Source: a virus. From it: a stretch of DNA of 64,000 nt. The DNA lies in the IMG/VR virus record IMGVR_UViG_3300022908_000001, positions 1 to 64,000 of that record, one strand, 5' to 3'. Below the pieces are notes generated by a model. That model did no database searches. It had not been told where the DNA came from and worked only from the letters and a program-made list of their open reading frames with translations. This document shows positions 30,096 to 40,424 of this stretch, in pieces. Every line of letters begins with the position of its first letter. Within the stretch, counting starts at the first letter, position 1. Made by a program: the position numbers and the translations under genes.

Positions 30096-30356
30096 CTGAT
30101 AAACTTTTTACGCCGGATGAAATTATTGATTTTTTACTTTGGGCAAATGACTTCTATTCAGTTGAAGGGTTGGTATGCGGAGAAGAAAGAGAAGTATTAA
30201 AACAAGTAATTGAAGAATATTTAGATAAAATTAAAAAATGAACCTCTACTGCTTCCTCCTCTCCCATACATGGTTTCAAACGAAATTCAAAATTCGTAAG
30301 TGTACTGTTTGCGGGAAGGTGCAGAGGTTTAGCGATGGGAAATGGAGAGATGTGAG

Positions 30357-30620
30357 ATGAATAAATACAAATGTATTTGGAATATAAATGCCACAGCCGA
30401 GGAGTATCCGGCTAATATACCTACATGGCTCCCTGAATTCATGGTAATGGCAGAAGATGAGGCCCATGCTTTATACCAATATGAAAAACATTTACTTTCC
30501 ACGTGTCAACATCCGAATCCTAAATACTTTAATGAAGAATATGCCGAAAACATAGAAAAATACCTTTCTCGCCCATTCGCATCTGGCGGTTGGGGTTTAT
30601 TTGCAAATAAGATAAAATGA
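30357..30620 (+). CDS. Hypothetical protein
   Basis: ORF in a coupled plus-strand cluster. Confidence 0.5.
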   Translation: MNKYKCIWNINATAEEYPANIPTWLPEFMVMAEDEAHALYQYEKHLLSTCQHPNPKYFNEEYAENIEKYLSRPFASGGWGLFANKIK

Positions 30621-30886
30621 CCTACCAAGAAGCCATCCTCGAACAGACCGTAGAAACACAGCGCAGATCAGATAAACTACTTGGTCGTGATAAAATGGGA
30701 TATGATGAATTTTGTAACGCGGTAGACGAAATCATACCATCTGAAATGATGACTATGAAGGATGGGAAACCATTAGCCAACATGCGTGAAACCAACAAAG
30801 TAATTGGAAAGTATATTAAAGATACGACCGGAATGCCTTATTATGAGATTTATTTAAGCATGAAATATAATTTACCTTTAAGATGA
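30617..30886 (+). CDS. Hypothetical protein
   Basis: ATGA-coupled ORF. Confidence 0.55.
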   Translation: MTYQEAILEQTVETQRRSDKLLGRDKMGYDEFCNAVDEIIPSEMMTMKDGKPLANMRETNKVIGKYIKDTTGMPYYEIYLSMKYNLPLR

Positions 30887-31098
30887 ACGAAATAGAATTA
30901 TTTAACGAGGCGCATAATTTACAGATAGAGATAGCGGTAGGAAATGCGATTGCCTATAAATTTCCGCATATTGCTCATGTGATTACATTAAATTACGATG
31001 GTGATAATCTTGAAATTACTTTTTTAGACCCAAGTCAAAATTATTCTGACAAAGTATTTAAGTTTATTGAAGAGCTTAAATTAACAGGAGCTTTATGA
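30883..31098 (+). CDS. Hypothetical protein
   Basis: ATGA-coupled ORF. Confidence 0.55.
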   Translation: MNEIELFNEAHNLQIEIAVGNAIAYKFPHIAHVITLNYDGDNLEITFLDPSQNYSDKVFKFIEELKLTGAL

Positions 31099-31334
31099 CC
31101 ATTCTCGGCAACCGCCTCCTGATCGAACCAACAGAACCTATAAGACAGCTTCCGAGTGGATTATATTTGCCTGATAGCGCTATTCAAAAACCAAATACCG
31201 GCACTGTTGTTAGTGTAGGTACTAAGTCAGACCCATCATGGCTGAATAAGATTGTTTTGTATAATCCTATTATAGCCGTGTCGATTGAGGGGAAACATTT
31301 AGTTCACGAAACTGATATAAAGTTTATCTTATGA
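31095..31334 (+). CDS. groES: Co-chaperonin GroES (Cpn10)
   Basis: LGNRLLIEP...SGLYLPDSAIQKPNTGTVVSVG...LVHETDI. Confidence 0.9.
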   Translation: MTILGNRLLIEPTEPIRQLPSGLYLPDSAIQKPNTGTVVSVGTKSDPSWLNKIVLYNPIIAVSIEGKHLVHETDIKFIL

Positions 31335-31648
31335 AGAATAAATATACCTTTGAATGCTCAAGTGTTGATATTCTGAATAAGAAAACCATAGGCATTGTGA
31401 TTTCAAAAAATCCAATCAAGGAGTACTGTGAGGGTTATTTTGAATCCGGTACAATTTCATGCCCTGAACCCCGTATGATATTAAGACATATAGAAAGTGG
31501 TTATGATTTTATAGTTCAGGTTGTGGATAAGACCGTACCCTATCAGCATAAAATATCCCTGATTAAAACTTATAAAAATATACCTATGCCTAAAGTTAAT
31601 GCAGGAGATTCTTTTATATCAAATGGATTTATTACTTTTAATAATTAA
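31331..31648 (+). CDS. Hypothetical protein
   Basis: Coupled ORF. Confidence 0.5.
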   Translation: MKNKYTFECSSVDILNKKTIGIVISKNPIKEYCEGYFESGTISCPEPRMILRHIESGYDFIVQVVDKTVPYQHKISLIKTYKNIPMPKVNAGDSFISNGFITFNN

Positions 31649-31660
31649 AAAATCATCATC

Positions 31661-31870
31661 ATGGCATCAAACTTAACGATTCAGTATCCCTTAACAACAG
31701 GAATACCGCTACCTCAGGCCGAATTAGTACCATTTGGCAATAATTCGGCGTCTACACAAGATTCAGCCGCAAACTATGTGGCAGGAACTCCGGCTGTGAC
31801 CACACCGGTTACCTCACGTCCGAGGTATCATGAACAGTACACGAAGGGGCAGTTTGAATATCCGAGATAA
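31661..31870 (+). CDS. Small hypothetical protein
   Basis: Clean ORF with an A-rich leader. Confidence 0.55.
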   Translation: MASNLTIQYPLTTGIPLPQAELVPFGNNSASTQDSAANYVAGTPAVTTPVTSRPRYHEQYTKGQFEYPR

Positions 31871-31907
31871 TATTTGGAATTACGGAAACTGTTATTTACC
31901 TTTAGTT

Positions 31908-31968
31908 ATTGTGATAAGGTTTTAGTAACCGAGGGATACGCTACCCCAAGCTGCCTTCGGTTTTTTTA
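31908..31968 (+). ncRNA. Candidate small RNA, copy A
   Basis: TACCTTTA promoter at 31897-31904; ATTGTGATAAGGTTT; stem AACCGAGGG/CCTTCGGTT plus T-tract; shares 15-nt and 7-nt motifs with 60728-60780. Confidence 0.55.
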
Positions 31969-31983
31969 TTTAAAACAATTCCC

Positions 31984-32196
31984 ATGCATATTGGTTTTAA
32001 CAATATGATTTCATCGATACTATACCTTTTGCTTTACCTCGTTGTCGCAGTCATTGTGATTGAGGTAGTATTTTGGATATTAGGTATGATATTTCCCGGT
32101 GGTATCATTACGCCACGCATAAGAGGGTTGCTATACGCCCTCGTTCTAATCGTTCTGCTTATTTGGGCTTTCGGGCATTTTCATTGGATAGCTTAG
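31984..32196 (+). CDS. Small two-TM membrane protein
   Basis: Two long hydrophobic segments. Confidence 0.6.
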   Translation: MHIGFNNMISSILYLLLYLVVAVIVIEVVFWILGMIFPGGIITPRIRGLLYALVLIVLLIWAFGHFHWIA

Positions 32197-34529
32197 GCTG
32201 ACTTCCTTGGCATAATTAAACTCTGTAATCTTAACTCATTTAACCTATTTTGTCCTTTAATGATTTCGGTCTGGAGCGCTTGCTGTGTCTGTTGCTGTCC
32301 TTTTTGAGCCTGTAATACCGCTTCATTCTGCGCTTCCTGTTGTTGCAATTGAGCATCAGTTTGACCTTTAGCCTGCTGTGACATCTGTTGCTGTTGCCCA
32401 TTTGCCTGTATAGCCTGCATTTGTTCTTGCTTGGCCTGTTCCTGGCGTTTAGTTACAGCAAATGCGGTATATATCTGAGCCTGCTTTAATTTTCCTGAGC
32501 GGATCATGGATTCTACCAGCAAAAAATCCGCTTCACTCATAGATTGCAAACCACCCTGACGGGCTGCCGAGCGCATTTGCATGATATTTTCAAGCATTAA
32601 TTGCTTATCGCTATCATTCAACGCAGGTACAATTTGACAGTCAAAATCGTAATCAAATATCTTTTCACTTATACCAACTATCTCAAGTGAGCGTGAGATG
32701 CTTAATTTCTTCTTTTGCTCCGGTGTAGCATACTTAGCCACGCACTGCCATTTACTTGCTACAACCTCATAAACCGATTGCGTCATCTGCTCTCCCGCAT
32801 TAATCAACGGCGTTAACGAGTTCTGGCTACCTTCGAGCAACAGTTTGCTAACACCAAGCCCCGTCTGCTCATGCGGTGTCTGCGCTGCAAAAATATCATT
32901 CACGCCAGTAACTTTCTCGATCATGCCAATAGTACGGGACATATCTTCCCACCAAGCTGAAATGATTTGCATAAGGTCTGTTCCAATTGGCACAACCGGT
33001 CTGCCTGCACCCTGATTCTGCCCCCATTGGTTCTTGGTATCCATCAACAGGTAGCCCTCGTCTTGCAGTATTTTCAACAACTGTTGGGGTTTGTAGGAAA
33101 CTCCATCAATCTTCATGCCCTCTAACGCACCTTTGTCTATGGCTAAATTTGGCGGTGCAGGCATCTTAGCACGAGCCACGCGCAATTTTAGCATGATTAG
33201 TTGCGCATCATCTACGAAAGGTATAGAGCGTTCCACGATTGAAGTAGAGCCAGTGCGAGTAAACTTCAAAGGAAACAGCGGCCATTTCTTACCGCCTTCT
33301 GTTTTATAGTTGATGTCGGTATCTTCTCCGTAATCGAATACGTACATTGAACCCAAGACAAGAGATGCACGGTAGACAGTCATGTTTGAGTAGGCGTCGA
33401 GGGTTTTGCCCTTATTATTTTTGACCTTGTTCAGGTCATACGAGGCGTCAACCTTATTCACTACCAACGTACCGTTATCCCTTGTCACGCTGGTAACCCT
33501 AACCGACTTACTCCCAATCCAATACCCCCTGAATACATCGACCAAAATCTGATCGATCATTCTGAAATCAAACTGATCGTTGTTATTGTATAATGAAGAG
33601 AAGAAACCGGATGTATTCGTGTTGGCGTATTTACGGGCTATTTCAATAACCTGCTTACTGGTCAAATCAGAAGTCCTGCGTAATTCTGCTATAGATATTC
33701 GCTCCCACCAACCACCCCAAGAGGCGTCACGGTAGTCCCTGTATTGAGAATGTGGAAATACAGCCCGTTCAATATCGATGTATCGTTCTTCTACCTCATT
33801 TGAATTAGGATTGGTAAATACGCCCCGTGCCGCATATCCGACAGTAATAAGGTCATCGTTCTGCAAATCCTCTATACCTTCTGTTTTGGATATGTAACGG
33901 GTGGTATCGATCAGGTTTTCCAGTGCAGCTTCCTCTTCGAGCATGAACAAGCCGATAGATTGAGCCAAGTCAACATCCTGTGGTGTTTGAATTGGAACGG
34001 AGTTGTTAGCGGCAGGAATTTGTGGCTTAGCAAGGTTAACGGTGTGATATTGGTTGACGTTCTGCAGCAGGTTTCCAAGCCGTATGTCGGTGACAATTTT
34101 AGCTACAGCGACTTTAGTCTTTTTGTCCATCAGCGCCTCGTAATCACTTGCCTGAACGTTGATGTCATATTTGTTCTTCATCAGGAAGCCAAGTACAGCA
34201 TCGCATTTCTGCGGAAGCACCTGTGTCATATCCCATGAGATGTTCAGTGTAGTTTTGCGTATGCCAGACTCATCCGGCAACCCAACCATATAGTTTTTAT
34301 ACTTATTGATGTTGTTACGCCCGTGCCGGTAAGCGCGTAACTCCCCAATAGAACGGCGCGTCCCCCATCCATCATAAGGCAACCCGCAACGGTTCATAAA
34401 GTACTTTGAACACATCGCATTGCAGGCGGCTAAAAAATATCCTTCGTCTTTTACGGGGTTTGATTCATCAGGGAAAGGGTACGCCGTTTCCGAAACATAC
34501 TTGGATGCGAATTTTAACTGTTCTGCCAT
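32193..34529 (-). CDS. Portal protein (crAss-related type)
   Basis: 778 aa; LRAYRHGRNNINKYK, LNISWD, VTGVND, C-terminal Gln-rich barrel; downstream of terL. Confidence 0.85.
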   Translation of the reverse strand: MAEQLKFASKYVSETAYPFPDESNPVKDEGYFLAACNAMCSKYFMNRCGLPYDGWGTRRSIGELRAYRHGRNNINKYKNYMVGLPDESGIRKTTLNISWDMTQVLPQKCDAVLGFLMKNKYDINVQASDYEALMDKKTKVAVAKIVTDIRLGNLLQNVNQYHTVNLAKPQIPAANNSVPIQTPQDVDLAQSIGLFMLEEEAALENLIDTTRYISKTEGIEDLQNDDLITVGYAARGVFTNPNSNEVEERYIDIERAVFPHSQYRDYRDASWGGWWERISIAELRRTSDLTSKQVIEIARKYANTNTSGFFSSLYNNNDQFDFRMIDQILVDVFRGYWIGSKSVRVTSVTRDNGTLVVNKVDASYDLNKVKNNKGKTLDAYSNMTVYRASLVLGSMYVFDYGEDTDINYKTEGGKKWPLFPLKFTRTGSTSIVERSIPFVDDAQLIMLKLRVARAKMPAPPNLAIDKGALEGMKIDGVSYKPQQLLKILQDEGYLLMDTKNQWGQNQGAGRPVVPIGTDLMQIISAWWEDMSRTIGMIEKVTGVNDIFAAQTPHEQTGLGVSKLLLEGSQNSLTPLINAGEQMTQSVYEVVASKWQCVAKYATPEQKKKLSISRSLEIVGISEKIFDYDFDCQIVPALNDSDKQLMLENIMQMRSAARQGGLQSMSEADFLLVESMIRSGKLKQAQIYTAFAVTKRQEQAKQEQMQAIQANGQQQQMSQQAKGQTDAQLQQQEAQNEAVLQAQKGQQQTQQALQTEIIKGQNRLNELRLQSLIMPRKSA

Positions 34530-34571
34530 TTTAGCGTTGGGGCTATATGGGTGTTAAAGATATGATTAAAA

Positions 34572-35137
34572 TTACACATATTGCAAATTGGATTTATTCG
34601 GGTATCTGCCTCTTACCCAATCCGTCAATGTTCCTCTTTTTATTCCATTGTATTTAGCCGCCTCTCGTGTCCCTGAATAGTATATGCCAGTTTCAAAATT
34701 TAGTATTAAAAATGCTTTTGCATCTCGCATTTTATCTATTTCATCTGGAGTATATGGCCTTTGGTAATTTCCATTTTTTTCTCCGCAATTAATACCAAAC
34801 TTCCGCTTTATACTATTTCCCGTCCTTAAAGCACCCGGAGCACCTTTGCCTCCATGAGTTAGGTTTAATCCGAATGGATTATTTAATCTATGTGTGTTAA
34901 ACTCTTTAATCCAAAATATCTCTAAATCATGTCTATCCTCTAACTTACATGATTCAATTACAATAAACCGGCAAAGATGCAGCGGGTATTTTTTTAATGC
35001 ATTATAAATCAATCTTTGCCTATTGATAGAAAGATTTTTATAGTCATTTATCCTGTTTGTTAATTTGTGGTACACCCTACGTATTTATGACCCGTCGGGG
35101 TGACGATAAGATAAATAAAAGCAACTCCTTTTTTCAT
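34572..35137 (-). pseudogene. GIY-YIG homing endonuclease with NUMOD tail, frameshifted near codon 25
   Basis: ATG 35137 gives MKKGVAFIYLIVTPTGHKYVGCTTN* (TAA 35060-35062). The rest (LTNRIN...EIFWI...GLNLTHGG) is in another frame. Confidence 0.8.
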
Positions 35138-35151
35138 ATTTAAATATACTA

Positions 35152-37287
35152 CTAAACTCGCTGAAAAACAAACCACGTATTTTCACCAGTAGTCGCTAAA
35201 TTATCACCGGGGTAGCTTAAATACACCTTATCTCTCGCTAATAGAACGAAGCCAAATGCCACGCCCAAATCTTTTTTCGTTCTCACTTTCTTGCTTCGAT
35301 TCATTGTCATTAAATCAGATACAATCCGCTTATGCTTTATGGCGTTACTAAAGTTCATCACGTAGCTTGATATTGACGAAAAGTATTGGTTTATGGTTTC
35401 CTCCGTGGCAGGGGTTCCAACTTGCTTGATGTGTTTAGCCTGATACATTGCGCTATCAAATGTTTCTTCCGGTCTATCCATTAGGTACATACCATAGCCA
35501 CGTGATCTGAAATATGCCTTTATAGACCGCTTGTTATTCTCGACATTCATCTGAGTTCCATAGTATACATGCATTTTTAACATATCCTCAAAAAACACAT
35601 TCGGATCGCCTTCTCGAAATAGGTAATCCGCTACGACTTGGTTTGTTTCCCAGTCCCATCCCAGATCAAAAGGTGTGCCGTCATCATGCTTTTTAGCACC
35701 GTCCACCATATCATCATACATCCTAAATATAATACCTGCACCTTTTGACGCTCTGTTTTTGTCTACAATTTCGTCAATGTCATGCTCGAACGGGTCACAT
35801 GAACCCCTGAACTTTCTTATATTTCCGGGGAGTTTAACACCTGCATCGAGTATGAAATGATTGTCAGTTCCGTCTTTTAACAGATACGACACCTCCCACT
35901 TCCCATCCTCGCAAGGTTCAAAAATAACTTTGGTATCCCGCTGACCATTTGTCCATTCAAAATTTCCCTTTACAGTCCATTCCTTTGGGTCAAATCCGTA
36001 CGCTTCGGGATATTCGAGCCGTCTTGTAATATCTTGAAGGTGTTCCTTGTTAAAAGCCGTCTTCTCCCCACTCGGAGTCAAAGCATCCTCAATTTTAGTC
36101 GGCGATTTCCTTAACAGGTTCCCAATGGCCTTTTCCTTGCCCAACTTCCGCAGGTTAGCTATTTCCTTTTCCAAACGCTGTTTAGCTTCCTCCCGTTTCG
36201 GGAAACCCCAATCATCTGGCTCGGCTACATCCTCTACGGTAATGAATATCCTCCACAGCCCCGTTGTAGTCCTACCATTCTCATTAAGTTCATCAGGGTT
36301 GCTATCCTTCCAAAATGTATTTACCTCGTCAATCTGTTCATCATCTATTTCCTCGATACTCGATTCTACCCAGCACTTACCAACTATAATAGCCCCGTCA
36401 AAGTAATGCAGTGTGGGTTTAAATACTTCCCACCACTTAATCAATGACATGGTTTCCAACTTGCCGGCTTCGTTCAGGATGCCCCGGTTGGTTTCCTGAC
36501 CATCATACGCACTCGCCTTAGCGGGTTCAAAGTCAATTTTACTACCCAACTCATCCTCACTGTACTTGATCTCATCTGAATTAGCGTCATTCTCTGCCAT
36601 GCCTTTCATCTTGGCGTCCGTCATACGCTCAGATGGGTAGCTGAACTCTAACTTATCTTCCGGGTCATCACTACCTTTGTGAACCGGCTTCATAAACCAG
36701 ATCATTTTCTTATTGGCACGGGTAATGCGCTTGAAATTCTTGTAAGCCTCGGTATCGTTTTTAGATTGATTGTGCCCCTGTACATTTCGAACCCTTGAGC
36801 AGAACTCGTACTCTTCCCCCAATGTGAACTCAGTCTTACCACCACGACGGGGGCCGATAAGAAATAATCCGTAGCAATCAACGTTTCGTACTACCATATT
36901 CCATAATTGGAATACGTAACATTGAAACAAACGAAATCCAGGGTGTATATTCTTTACCGTCCACCAATAATTCAGGAAGAAGTAGTAAGGGCCTGTAAAA
37001 TAGATGGGCTGGTTTTTAATCAGTATCCAAATCCCATTCTTGCGCTTATGCCACTCATTTTCAATCCACTCTTCTTCTTCTTTTGTGACTCGGTTCTTTC
37101 GTGTTAGAAGTGATTTCGGTATTTCGGTGTGCCTGAACTTCTGGTCTTTCTCCGGTAAGCCATAGTTAACCATGTGCTTTAGCGGCGGCATGGATGGCAG
37201 TGGGATTTTATAGCCGCCAAACTCAGTGTAGCCGGAGATGGTTGACCAATCGGCGGTGTATCTATATTGTTCCTTTTGGGTCGGCAT
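35152..37287 (-). CDS. terL: Terminase large subunit
   Basis: Walker A GPRRGGKT, ILNEAGK Walker B region, nuclease GSCDPF...VENNK; likely start MPTQKE at 37287. Confidence 0.9.
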   Translation of the reverse strand: MPTQKEQYRYTADWSTISGYTEFGGYKIPLPSMPPLKHMVNYGLPEKDQKFRHTEIPKSLLTRKNRVTKEEEEWIENEWHKRKNGIWILIKNQPIYFTGPYYFFLNYWWTVKNIHPGFRLFQCYVFQLWNMVVRNVDCYGLFLIGPRRGGKTEFTLGEEYEFCSRVRNVQGHNQSKNDTEAYKNFKRITRANKKMIWFMKPVHKGSDDPEDKLEFSYPSERMTDAKMKGMAENDANSDEIKYSEDELGSKIDFEPAKASAYDGQETNRGILNEAGKLETMSLIKWWEVFKPTLHYFDGAIIVGKCWVESSIEEIDDEQIDEVNTFWKDSNPDELNENGRTTTGLWRIFITVEDVAEPDDWGFPKREEAKQRLEKEIANLRKLGKEKAIGNLLRKSPTKIEDALTPSGEKTAFNKEHLQDITRRLEYPEAYGFDPKEWTVKGNFEWTNGQRDTKVIFEPCEDGKWEVSYLLKDGTDNHFILDAGVKLPGNIRKFRGSCDPFEHDIDEIVDKNRASKGAGIIFRMYDDMVDGAKKHDDGTPFDLGWDWETNQVVADYLFREGDPNVFFEDMLKMHVYYGTQMNVENNKRSIKAYFRSRGYGMYLMDRPEETFDSAMYQAKHIKQVGTPATEETINQYFSSISSYVMNFSNAIKHKRIVSDLMTMNRSKKVRTKKDLGVAFGFVLLARDKVYLSYPGDNLATTGENTWFVFQRV

Positions 37288-37792
37288 ATTTTTCGCTAAA
37301 CTGTAACAACCTCGCCGTCTCCTGTCTAGCCGTCTTTCTCGTATGCGTATCAGGAAATATCTGCTTCTCATACTCCACCAGCGACTTATGCATATCCGGC
37401 AGTACTTTCTCCACATTTAACCGCTCGCGAACTGACTTTTCTACGTCGTCCATACCTAACGGGCTTCGAATGAATGCAGTTAATTGGTGAAAATTAATCA
37501 ATTTTGATTGCCACGTAACGAAAGCAAGGTTATCCATTGCCATAAATATGGCTGTGGCTATTTTATTATATTCTAAGTTTTCCCCGGTTAGTATGTCGGG
37601 ATATTCAGCATTCAGGTGTTTGGTAACCTTGCTTAGCCGTGCCGAGTAATCATCCCTATCGTCCAACAGGTATGGGCTATCCTCCTGTATCATGTACAGA
37701 ACGACACGTAATAGCTTATCATCTTCGGTTATACCACGCAATGACGGGTATTTGTCGCAGATGGGTTCTTTGCAGGAGGGATCGTATCTCAT
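37262..37792 (-). CDS. Hypothetical protein upstream of terL (possible terminase small subunit)
   Basis: 176-aa helical protein overlapping the terL start. Confidence 0.45.
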   Translation of the reverse strand: MRYDPSCKEPICDKYPSLRGITEDDKLLRVVLYMIQEDSPYLLDDRDDYSARLSKVTKHLNAEYPDILTGENLEYNKIATAIFMAMDNLAFVTWQSKLINFHQLTAFIRSPLGMDDVEKSVRERLNVEKVLPDMHKSLVEYEKQIFPDTHTRKTARQETARLLQFSEKYADPKGTI

Positions 37793-38664
37793 TTAATAGT
37801 CCCCCATTCGTCTAACTCAATAGCGTTTTTTATAGAACCCGTATACGCATCTTCGCCAATATCTTTAAATGATATTGACTTGAAATCCTTTACAAGTTTA
37901 GGTTCTGTATCTACCGTAAATGTATGCGTATTCATCAGTTTTGCTGCTATATCCTTCCTATGCACCAACTCAATATCCCTCAATTCCTCATTTCCCACCT
38001 CATAGCTGATACGAAACCCCCTATTCTTAGCTATCAGCACCCGGTCGCCCGGAGAAAGTTCCATACCCGGCTCAAATTCGTTCTCCAAATGCTGTCTGCA
38101 TGGGGCATCAGCCGATAACACGATGCCGTGATTCAGTTCGTACTTATTATGGTTCCGCGTAAGCAGTATCCCGCTCGACAATTCCAGCTTATCCGGTAAC
38201 TGGTCACGAAGAAAGAAGACGTATCCATTGACGGGACGCAGTTCATCTTCGTAAACACCATACACCCTATCCTGCCTGACCAGTACGCACAGCCCATAAT
38301 CAGCCGTTCTGACCAATCTGCACTCAATTTCAGCGTCAACTTGTTCCCGGTAGTCAAAAAACACCCGGTCACCAACTTTTACATCAAAATTAGCATCAAA
38401 TTCCAGTGAATTTCGTACCATGGCGTTAAATTCATCGCCGTGACCGTCGCCTTTGTTGCCAAAAAACCATGTTTGCTCGGGCAGCATGAGCACTTTACCT
38501 GATATGGACAGGTATTTTGACCGGTCTTGGTTGAAATAGGTTAATTGTATCTTAACTGAGCCGTCTGGTGTGGGTATTTCGTGAAAATCATACGCCGAAT
38601 CAGCTTTGATTAGGACATGGTTAAAGGGGATTTTAGCGGTCTTGATGTCTATTGTATCGATCAT
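37789..38664 (-). CDS. Tandem GroES-like protein
   Basis: Two GroES-like units: PFNHVLIK...GKVLMLP...VKVGDRVFF and RPVNGYVF...SSGILL...GIVLS...LSPGDRVLI. Confidence 0.65.
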   Translation of the reverse strand: MIDTIDIKTAKIPFNHVLIKADSAYDFHEIPTPDGSVKIQLTYFNQDRSKYLSISGKVLMLPEQTWFFGNKGDGHGDEFNAMVRNSLEFDANFDVKVGDRVFFDYREQVDAEIECRLVRTADYGLCVLVRQDRVYGVYEDELRPVNGYVFFLRDQLPDKLELSSGILLTRNHNKYELNHGIVLSADAPCRQHLENEFEPGMELSPGDRVLIAKNRGFRISYEVGNEELRDIELVHRKDIAAKLMNTHTFTVDTEPKLVKDFKSISFKDIGEDAYTGSIKNAIELDEWGTIK

Positions 38665-38736
38665 TTGTATAAATGTATAAATTATTCAATACCTTTATGC
38701 TGTTTTGTTTATTTATTCACTTTATTCATTTAAAAC

Positions 38737-38961
38737 ATGGCAAACATCACTACCGTAACAGCGTATCAGTATAACACTACGCCTGCTTACAAAGTTCACG
38801 CAATCGGAACGGCATCTATCCTGGATATTTTGCCTTTTTCTCAATCAGCAATCCCATTCATCAACTCGGTCGTTTACACAAGTAACCCGGTTCTGTCTGC
38901 ATTGTATTGCAACGAAACCCCATCTGTTATTCAGAACAGGGCTAACGCTCCGCTGGCGTAA
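38737..38961 (+). CDS. Small hypothetical protein with its own promoter
   Basis: TACCTTTA at about 38690; hairpin at 38965-38992 downstream. Confidence 0.6.
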   Translation: MANITTVTAYQYNTTPAYKVHAIGTASILDILPFSQSAIPFINSVVYTSNPVLSALYCNETPSVIQNRANAPLA

Positions 38962-39133
38962 TTGACTCTCCCTTGTCTGTTGGCAGGGGAGTTTCATATC
39001 ACCTCCAACCTCCTGTGCGTCGGAAACATTCTAAGGTTAGACGAATTGTAGGGAGATAGCCAGAGCATCAGCGCATACGGTGCGTGACGGTGGATTCGGG
39101 ATTTGTGGGAGGCAACTAATTTCTCGTGGTTGG

Positions 39134-40424
39134 TCATATATCTGCGTATAATTGAACATTATTCAAATCACCGCCAGTCATGTACTGGCTGTATTTATCT
39201 TCCCACTCATAGATATTATCATCGCTAAGCCCGTCCAAATCAGAGATAAACTCATCTTTCATTTCAAATGGGATAACGTATGAATGCCCGCTATCATCTT
39301 GTGTTGCATAAACTTTTTTCATATCTTCTCAATATCCTTCTCCGGTAACGGTTCTGGCGACGGCTTAACATCAGCCCACGCACTTTTAAACACCTTTTCA
39401 CTCGGAATATTTTCAAATACCTTAGCGTAATAGGTATCAAAAACATCATAGAAAACTTTCGCCTCTGTAAAGCGAACCGCAACAACTTTTCCATCCCGTT
39501 CATCAGGCGCTATGCCCATTTCGGTATGTTGTTTAAATGTTGGGATAAATTCGCATTCATCTCCGATTTGAAATCCTGATGGTAATTCCATATTATTTAT
39601 TTTAAATTGTTTCTATACTATTCTCCGGCAACCACTTCGCCTTAATCCCATTCAACCAATGCGCATCATAAAACACCTGCTCACTTCCCTCACGCCAAAC
39701 AGCAGAGTCCACTACAAAGTAATCACCGCTCTTCCGTTGCCGAACCGTGTCTCCACGTCCGTATTTTGGCGTCCGTTCATGGTGACGCATCGGGTACTGG
39801 CGGGACTCGAATGTTTGGGTGCCACAGCCGGACAGCCACCCGAGAGCGAGCAGCATAGCGAACATGAGCAGGATTGGTTTTAGGATGGGGTCGTTTTTCA
39901 TAAGGTAGTCAGTTCGGTAAACGGGTTTAAATTAAACCAATTCGGCACCCCTAAACATACTATTAATATTTTTCCGTCATGTGGGAACCAAGAGAATTTT
40001 GTTATAGTAGGCTTTCTCACTAAAAATGGCTTTTTAACAAAATCTATTATGGCAAAGCACCTGCCATTTTCTTTTGAAACAGATACAACTTTGCCTAATG
40101 ACGGGTAGGCGTTTACGTTATCTAAATAAGGAACTACAGGTGTTCCATTACTTAAATCAATGTCGTCTATGTTTTTAAAGCCATAGTCTTTAAAGCTACT
40201 AAATATAGACTTCTTTATTTCAACCTTTATTTTCATATGCCTAACATTGGGTTTTTACTTATTTTAATATCATTCGAGTCGAAATGTTTAACCTCACCAT
40301 TATCCAATCGCACCAACCATATCGTATTAATGTTAATGCCGTAATCTATCACCACAAGACACCAACCGTGCCCTAACGGTGTTTCTACCTCAATGGGTGG
40401 GTTCAGTTGAAGCATCATATCCAT
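39134..40424 (-). CDS. Five small hypothetical genes (39134-39322, 39319-39591, 39602-39901 with lipobox-like LSGC, 39898-40236, 40233-40424)
   Basis: Translationally coupled ORFs; 39602-39901 has a hydrophobic N-terminus ending WLSGC. Confidence 0.55.

Noticed and set aside
37288-37416. Arg-rich N-terminal extension of terL given by the ORF track
   Set aside because: Overlaps the upstream gene in another frame; the start at 37287 is more plausible
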